A stretch of 64,000 bases of DNA from Desulfosudaceae bacterium (lineage in GTDB: Bacteria > Desulfobacterota > Desulfobacteria > Desulfobacterales > Desulfosudaceae), in the NCBI GenBank assembly GCA_963674745.2, contig CAXXDV010000001.1, positions 1,664,001 to 1,728,000 of the forward strand, in the 5' to 3' direction. The position numbers were made by a program, and so were the translations under genes. A model generated the notes under the pieces. It saw nothing but the letters and a program-made list of their open reading frames with translations. It was not told where the DNA came from and did not search any database. Positions 58,059-64,000 of the stretch are shown one piece after another (the first letter of the stretch is position 1; each line of letters starts with the position of its first letter).

Positions 58059-59747
58059 ATGTCAGCACAAGCCATCAGAAAAATTCATTTCGTGGAGTTC
58101 AATGCCAAGATCAACACCCTGATGCACGCGCCGGTTTTTCCCAAATACGGCACGCCCCTGCTGGCCACCATCATGAAGGAGAAAGGCTATGACGTAAAAA
58201 TGTACCTGGACGGTGTCAGCCGCATGAACTTTGAAGAACTGGTCGACTGCGACTGCCTGTGCCTGCCCCTGGTTATCCCGGCTTACAACAAGGTCAAGGC
58301 CTTTGTACGCCGGGTCAAACAGGAACGGCCCGATCTGCCGGTAATCATCGGCGGCCCCACCGCCATCATGTATCCCGAACGGGTGGTGAATCTGTGTGAT
58401 TATACCGTGCGCTGCGAGGGGGACGAAGTCCTGCCCGAACTGATCGACACCCTTGGCACCGGCGGTGATGTCAGTCAGGTCAGGGGCATTTCTTTTAAAC
58501 AGAACGGCGAGGTGATCAAAACGCCCGACCGGCTGCCCCCGCAGATTCCCAAAACCATACCCGACTATTCCCTGATCCAGGGTATCCGGCGCCTGACCTA
58601 TGGCCCGGGCCGGCTGAACAACCTGGTCAACACCCTGCAGACCTCCCGGGGATGCACTTTCCGGTGCGCCTTCTGCCCCACGCCCCACCTGTTCGGCTAC
58701 ACCTTCCGCAACCGGGACATCGACAGCATCATCGCCGATATCAAGCACAAACAGCAATACAATGACTGGTTCCTGGTGGTGGACAACAGTTTCTTCGGCA
58801 ACCGCCAGAAGGCCCGGGAACTGCTCCACCGGTTGATCGAAGAAGACCTGGGCGCGGAACTGACGGTTTTCGAGCGCCACGAAATCGGGTTTGACAATGA
58901 AATGCTCGACCTCATGAAACGGGCCGGCGTCCGCTGCCTGATCGTGGGCGTGGAGTCCCTGGTCGACGAAAATTTAAAAGCATTCAACAAAAAGCAGACC
59001 ACCCTCAAGGCCATGCAGTCGATTAATAACATTAAAAAACACGGCATTCATGTCATCGGCACCTTTGCCTTCGGATTTGTCGGCGACACAAAGGAAAAAG
59101 CCGGGGAACTGGCCGCGTTCATCAAAAAAACCGGCCTGAGCCTGAACGTGTTTATCCTGCACGATGTGCACATGGAAGAAAGCGATGAACTGATCATCCC
59201 CTTGAACCGGCGCTTTATGACCTACTACCAGCAGACCGATCCGGACAATACCGATTACCTGGATTACGCCACCGGCAGTTTTCTGACCTATTTTCCCGAG
59301 CAGATGAAACCCAGCACCCTTCAAAAATGCATCGTGGATATCTATAAACAGACTTACACCCATCGCTATATCTTAAGCTTTCTGTTTCGCAAAAACGTGT
59401 TTGAATCCCTGATGGGGATTGTCCACGGCTACGGCATCCGCCGCATGAATAAAAGCATCGAACGGATCTGCAATGATTATTATTATGACTACCTCAAACA
59501 GGTCGAAGAGGGCCTGTACGATGAAAACGAGCAACTGCAGGCGGACAAACTCCAGGCCTTAAAAACCATTCCCATGCCGAAACCCGTGGAAGAAAAGGTG
59601 GACATGTTCTCCTACCAGCCCCTGATCATGCTGGTCATCGGCCCGGCGTTTTTCCGCTACCTCCTCCAGAAACTCCGCCGCCGGTTCCGCCGCAAGGCCG
59701 CGCCCCCAAAGCTGAGCCCGGTGGCCGGACCAGAAACACACGTATAG
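58059..59747 (+). CDS. B12-binding-domain radical SAM protein 2
   Basis: IIGGPTA, RCEGDE, TSRGCTFRCAFC, VVDNSF, VGVES; hydrophobic then basic C-terminal tail. Confidence 0.88.
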   Translation: MSAQAIRKIHFVEFNAKINTLMHAPVFPKYGTPLLATIMKEKGYDVKMYLDGVSRMNFEELVDCDCLCLPLVIPAYNKVKAFVRRVKQERPDLPVIIGGPTAIMYPERVVNLCDYTVRCEGDEVLPELIDTLGTGGDVSQVRGISFKQNGEVIKTPDRLPPQIPKTIPDYSLIQGIRRLTYGPGRLNNLVNTLQTSRGCTFRCAFCPTPHLFGYTFRNRDIDSIIADIKHKQQYNDWFLVVDNSFFGNRQKARELLHRLIEEDLGAELTVFERHEIGFDNEMLDLMKRAGVRCLIVGVESLVDENLKAFNKKQTTLKAMQSINNIKKHGIHVIGTFAFGFVGDTKEKAGELAAFIKKTGLSLNVFILHDVHMEESDELIIPLNRRFMTYYQQTDPDNTDYLDYATGSFLTYFPEQMKPSTLQKCIVDIYKQTYTHRYILSFLFRKNVFESLMGIVHGYGIRRMNKSIERICNDYYYDYLKQVEEGLYDENEQLQADKLQALKTIPMPKPVEEKVDMFSYQPLIMLVIGPAFFRYLLQKLRRRFRRKAAPPKLSPVAGPETHV

Positions 59748-59756
59748 GTACCTGCC

Positions 59757-60416
59757 ATGTGCGGCCGCTTTGCCATGCCCATACCCGTATCGAAAATCGC
59801 CGCCGCCTTTTACGTGGACCATAACTACTGCCGGGCGAAACCCGGCTATAACATCGCCCCCGGCCAGAACATCGCCGCCGTCATCCAGGATGCCAGCCGC
59901 AAACTGGTCAGCTTTAAATGGGGCCTGGTGCCGTCCTGGGCCAAAGACCCGGCCATGGGCTATAAAATGATCAACGCCCGGGCCGAAACCGTCCACGAAA
60001 AACCCAGTTTCAAAAAGCCCTTTCAACAACACCGCTGCCTCATCATCGCCGCCGGATTCTACGAGTGGCAGAAAACCAACAACGACAAACGCCCCTTTTA
60101 CATCAAACCCAAAACAACAGAGCTGTTCTGCTTTGCCGGCCTCTACGACATCTGGCACGCCCCGGACAACACCCGCCTGGACACCTGCACCATCATCACC
60201 ACCACCGCCAACGCCGCCCTCCAACCCATCCACCACCGCATGCCCGTCATCATTCCCGAAGACCACCACGCTCTCTGGCTGGACACCACTGTCCCGGCAG
60301 CCCGCCTCCTGCCCCTGCTCAAACCATTCCCGGACAACGACCTGGAAATCTACCAGGTCTCAAACAAGGTCAATTCGCCCAGGAATGATTCTCCGGAGTG
60401 TATTGAGCGGGTTTGA
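59757..60416 (+). CDS. SOS response-associated peptidase (SRAP; YedK/HMCES family)
   Basis: MCGRF, YNIAPGQ, WGLVPSW, INARAET, GFYEW, IHHRMPVI. Confidence 0.94.
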   Translation: MCGRFAMPIPVSKIAAAFYVDHNYCRAKPGYNIAPGQNIAAVIQDASRKLVSFKWGLVPSWAKDPAMGYKMINARAETVHEKPSFKKPFQQHRCLIIAAGFYEWQKTNNDKRPFYIKPKTTELFCFAGLYDIWHAPDNTRLDTCTIITTTANAALQPIHHRMPVIIPEDHHALWLDTTVPAARLLPLLKPFPDNDLEIYQVSNKVNSPRNDSPECIERV

Positions 60417-60521
60417 TATAAAATTCTTCGCTTGACATTCGGATTATGGTTGATTATTTAAATTTTTAGTTTCAGGAGGAAAACGAATTCCACAGGAAAA
60501 AGACCCACGGAGGGGGGAATC

Positions 60522-63500
60522 ATGTTTACACGTTTAATATCTGCCTTATTCGCAATCTTTCTTATCGTTTGTCCGCTTTTTGCTCATGCAGCAGAAAACA
60601 CCTTGCTTGATAAAACCATTTCCATCGGCTGGTGGCACAATGCCACTGCCTATTATAAGTTTTCAGCAAATGGCCTGTCAGAAGCTGCCCTGACAATTAC
60701 CAACATCACGCCGGAACAATACTACCGGGGTTGGATGGCTATAAACGGTAAATGGTATCAGCTGGATAATGAAGCGTCATTTTCCTGCGACATTACGCTT
60801 AAAGAGAGCAATAGAATATTTGTCGCGTTTTTTGGCGCTCCGGATACACGGCTTAACTTGAAAGTCGCACCGCCAGGCCCGCCTGCACCCGAAGTGATCG
60901 CTTTTACAGCGTTGCCTGAGACAATTGCTCAAGGTGAAGTGTCCACTTTAAGCTGGGAAACCGAAAATGCGGAATTGGTAACCATTGAACCGGATATCGG
61001 TCCTGTTGACGTCAATGGAATACATCAAGTCGTGCCCGGGGATACCACCACCTATACAATTGTTGCCACCGGTCCCGGTGGTACAGCCACTGGACGTGCT
61101 ACTGTCAACGTAATATGGCCTGCCCCTGAGGTCAGTATTACTGCGGAGCCGGATTCGATTTCTTATGGAAACAGCGCCACACTTTCCTGGGCCTCAACAA
61201 ATGCCGAAACATTGATTATTGACAATGGCGTAGGTGATGTGACCACTTCCGGGAGCCTGGAAGTCTCTCCTGAACAGCCTACCACCTTTACTATTACCGC
61301 AAACGGTCCGGGCGGAACCGCAACCGCTGATGCTTCTGTATCAGTGACTTATGTTACACCGGAAGTCTCCTTTAGCGCGACCCCGGCCGCCATCAGGGCC
61401 GGTGGACGGATTCTTCTGGAATGGACAACCACGGGTGCGACAACCTGTAGCATTGAACCGGATATCGGCAATGTGGCTTTAAACGGGGCAAAGTGGGTTT
61501 ATCCCACCCAAAGTACCACTTACACAATTACTGCCGGCACGCCTGATCCAAATGCTGTGGCAACAGCCGCTGTGTCTGTAATTGTCAACCAGCCGCCCCG
61601 TGTCAACCTGAGCATTTCTGATGAGGTCATCAATTATGGCGATACCGTTACATTAACCTGGAGCGCAGCCCCCGCACAAAAAGTGATTTTTAATCATGGC
61701 ATCGGCCAGGTGGCCCCCAGCGGCAGTATGCTTCTGACACCTGAGTATACGACCACCCATACCATGACGGCGGTTAACACAACCGATGATGACATCACTT
61801 CCGTAAATCATACCATATCGGTCAAAGTGCTTGGCAACCCACCCGACTCTCAGCCCGAAGGAACCTTCGGCGCCCAATATAATGATCTGATACCTGAAGA
61901 CGCCAGTCTTGAATACTATGACCCGGAACGTTTTGTGGTTGTTACCGGCCTCGTAAACGACATTAATGGAAATCCTCTCCCGGACGTCACCGCTTCGATT
62001 ATTGATCACCCGGAATATGGCACGGCTAAAACCGACGAAACCGGCCGGTATGCCATCCCGGCCGAAGGCGGTTGCCTTGTAAAATTGTGTTTGGATAAAA
62101 CAGGTTATTTGAAGTCGCACAGAAAAAAAGAAGCAAGCGTCCTGGATGTGATCGTTATGGATACCGTTACACTTTTATCCCGCGATCCGGCTGCAACGGT
62201 TATAAACTTTGACGGTAATCCGGAGACCGTCATGACACATCAAAGCACTGAAGTCAGCGACGAATTCGGAACCAGAAAATGCACCATGGTTTTTACCGGC
62301 GACAATCAGGCATATTCCCTTGACGAGTATGGTAATGTTCTGACCCAGCTTTCGTCTATTACCACCAGGGCTACCGAATATGAGATACCCGCGTCAATGC
62401 CGGCCATCCTGCCACCGACCTCCGCATATACGTATTGTGTTGAGCTGGAGGCAAATGGCTTTGAGCGAATTAAATTTGACAAGCCGGCCATCTGTTTTGT
62501 GGATAACTTTTTGAACTTTGATGTGGGGACCATTGTACCGGTTGGGTATTATGATTTTTACAGAACGACGTGGGTCGCGTCTGAAAACGGTCAGACTGTG
62601 ATGTTGCTCGATACGGACAGCGACGGCAATATTGATGCGCTTGACGCAGACGGTGACAATTTGCCGGATGATATTGATAATGACGGTTTAACAGCAGATG
62701 AAGTCGCGGGGCTGGACACAGACACCTGTCTGCCGGGTGCGACTTACTGGCGATTCAGCATAGATCATTTCAGTACAGTGGATTGTAATTTTCCTTATGG
62801 CCCTCCGGAGGATGCAACTATTCCGGGTGAACTCTTATTGCTCCAGATAGACAATTTAGAAGAGCTTCCGAAAGCCTGCCCCACACCGAGTGGCTCTTAT
62901 GTAAACGATAGAAGCCGGATCATGCAGGAAGATATTCCCATTCAAGGTACCGGCATGACCCTTCACTATGCTTCTAACAGGGTAATTGATTACAAGACAG
63001 TGATTGATGTCCCGGCCAGCGGAGATTCAGTGCCGGCTTCATTAAAAGAGATTATCGTAAAGTGTGAAATTGCCGGACATGTATGGAAAAAAACATTAGC
63101 AGCCTGGCCGGACCAGAAGGCAACGTTTATTTGGAATGGTCTGGACTTCCTGGGAAGACCCGTAAAAACGGCTGTCGAAGCACATTTCAGAATTGGATAC
63201 GTGTATGATGGTGTGTATTATGAGACAGAGGAGAATAAAGCCTTTGCCTTTGCCCAGGCAGGCGACCTGCCTACTTTTATTGAAACAAGAGAAGAGCTTG
63301 TCTATTGGACAGAGAGAAAAATAAGAATTTATCGTCAGCAGGCGATAAGCACGGATGAACTGGCATCCGGCTGGACAATTTCATCCCATCATCACCAGAA
63401 CCTGTCAGATCTTTCAACTCTTCATAAGGGAGACGGAAGTAAAATCAAAAACAATATTGATATGATAACTACTGTAGCGGGGAAAGGTGGGCCTACATAT

Positions 63501-64000
63501 AAAGGCGACGGTGGCCCGGCGACAGAAGCATATCTCTACGGGCCGGAAGACATCGCCATAGACAGTCAGGGCAATCTTTATATCGCAGACACGCATAGCA
63601 ACTGCATACGCAAAGTAGATATAAATGGTATCATTACGACCTTTGCTGGAGAAGGTGGTGCGATACACAATGGCTTGAGCGGGGACGGCGGACCGGCGAC
63701 AGAAGCCCGGCTTTATGAGCCAAAAGGCGTAGCAGTTGACGACCAGGGCAATCTGTATATCGCGGATACCCGGAATAACCGTGTACGCAGGGTGGATGCC
63801 AACGGTATTATAACGACTGTAGCGGGAAAAAGCCTTTTTAAAGAAACAGGCGACTACAGCGGTGATGGCGGCCCGGCAATAGCGGCTGAGCTTCATTGGC
63901 CCATGGGGCTTGCCCTTGATCATGAAGGTAATCTTTTTATTGCTGACCGCTATAATCATTGCGTAAGGAAAGTGGATACCAGTGGTATCATCTCCACCGT
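60522..64000 (+). CDS. Exported teneurin-like protein (Ig-like repeats, carboxypeptidase-regulatory-like/FN-plug region, NHL repeats); partial, runs off the right edge
   Basis: Not in the ORF track because it has no stop in the window. GGAGG RBS, ATG 60522, signal peptide MFTRLISALFAIFLIVCPLFAHA; four ~80-aa Ig-like repeats (TLSW…TTTYTI.A.GPGGTAT); QEDIPIQGTGMTLHYASNR, FIWNGLDFLGRPV, GWTISSHH…LHKGDG; then GDGGPA…GNLYIAD NHL repeats. Same frame at both ends, at least 1159 codons. Confidence 0.88.
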   Translation, partial: MFTRLISALFAIFLIVCPLFAHAAENTLLDKTISIGWWHNATAYYKFSANGLSEAALTITNITPEQYYRGWMAINGKWYQLDNEASFSCDITLKESNRIFVAFFGAPDTRLNLKVAPPGPPAPEVIAFTALPETIAQGEVSTLSWETENAELVTIEPDIGPVDVNGIHQVVPGDTTTYTIVATGPGGTATGRATVNVIWPAPEVSITAEPDSISYGNSATLSWASTNAETLIIDNGVGDVTTSGSLEVSPEQPTTFTITANGPGGTATADASVSVTYVTPEVSFSATPAAIRAGGRILLEWTTTGATTCSIEPDIGNVALNGAKWVYPTQSTTYTITAGTPDPNAVATAAVSVIVNQPPRVNLSISDEVINYGDTVTLTWSAAPAQKVIFNHGIGQVAPSGSMLLTPEYTTTHTMTAVNTTDDDITSVNHTISVKVLGNPPDSQPEGTFGAQYNDLIPEDASLEYYDPERFVVVTGLVNDINGNPLPDVTASIIDHPEYGTAKTDETGRYAIPAEGGCLVKLCLDKTGYLKSHRKKEASVLDVIVMDTVTLLSRDPAATVINFDGNPETVMTHQSTEVSDEFGTRKCTMVFTGDNQAYSLDEYGNVLTQLSSITTRATEYEIPASMPAILPPTSAYTYCVELEANGFERIKFDKPAICFVDNFLNFDVGTIVPVGYYDFYRTTWVASENGQTVMLLDTDSDGNIDALDADGDNLPDDIDNDGLTADEVAGLDTDTCLPGATYWRFSIDHFSTVDCNFPYGPPEDATIPGELLLLQIDNLEELPKACPTPSGSYVNDRSRIMQEDIPIQGTGMTLHYASNRVIDYKTVIDVPASGDSVPASLKEIIVKCEIAGHVWKKTLAAWPDQKATFIWNGLDFLGRPVKTAVEAHFRIGYVYDGVYYETEENKAFAFAQAGDLPTFIETREELVYWTERKIRIYRQQAISTDELASGWTISSHHHQNLSDLSTLHKGDGSKIKNNIDMITTVAGKGGPTYKGDGGPATEAYLYGPEDIAIDSQGNLYIADTHSNCIRKVDINGIITTFAGEGGAIHNGLSGDGGPATEARLYEPKGVAVDDQGNLYIADTRNNRVRRVDANGIITTVAGKSLFKETGDYSGDGGPAIAAELHWPMGLALDHEGNLFIADRYNHCVRKVDTSGIIST

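Overview
This is a bacterial chromosomal window. Gene content and GC-rich coding versus AT-rich intergenic DNA suggest an anaerobic deltaproteobacterium, plausibly Desulfobacterales; that assignment is an inference. Bases 1-12.7 kb form a nitrogen-assimilation island: a partial class II glutamine amidotransferase, a GSI-alpha glnA, three amt/PII pairs, glnD, and a divergent GAF-AAA-HTH (NifA-like) sigma54 activator. A second nitrogen locus (glnE plus a GSI-beta glnA) sits at 47.4-52.3 kb. Five of these transcription units share near-perfect sigma54 promoters and a recurring upstream ACA-N4-TGT box, which looks like a complete regulon. The most unusual gene (16962-20291) fuses a radical-SAM activating enzyme to a glycyl-radical enzyme with an unfamiliar active site, downstream of a FadR-type regulator. 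Also present: a VKOR-DsbA-FGE-like-thioredoxin fusion, a MITE nested in a REP-like element, an acyl-CoA / 2-hydroxyacyl-CoA dehydratase / radical-SAM operon opposite a double-TetR, a remnant integron-cassette array with no integrase, a TPR-kinase-TPR protein, a Clp AAA+ ATPase, two B12 radical-SAM enzymes, an SRAP protein, and the 5' part of a teneurin-like protein running off the right edge (missing from the ORF track). I saw no rRNA, tRNA or CRISPR array. All calls come from motif recognition by eye; no searches were run.
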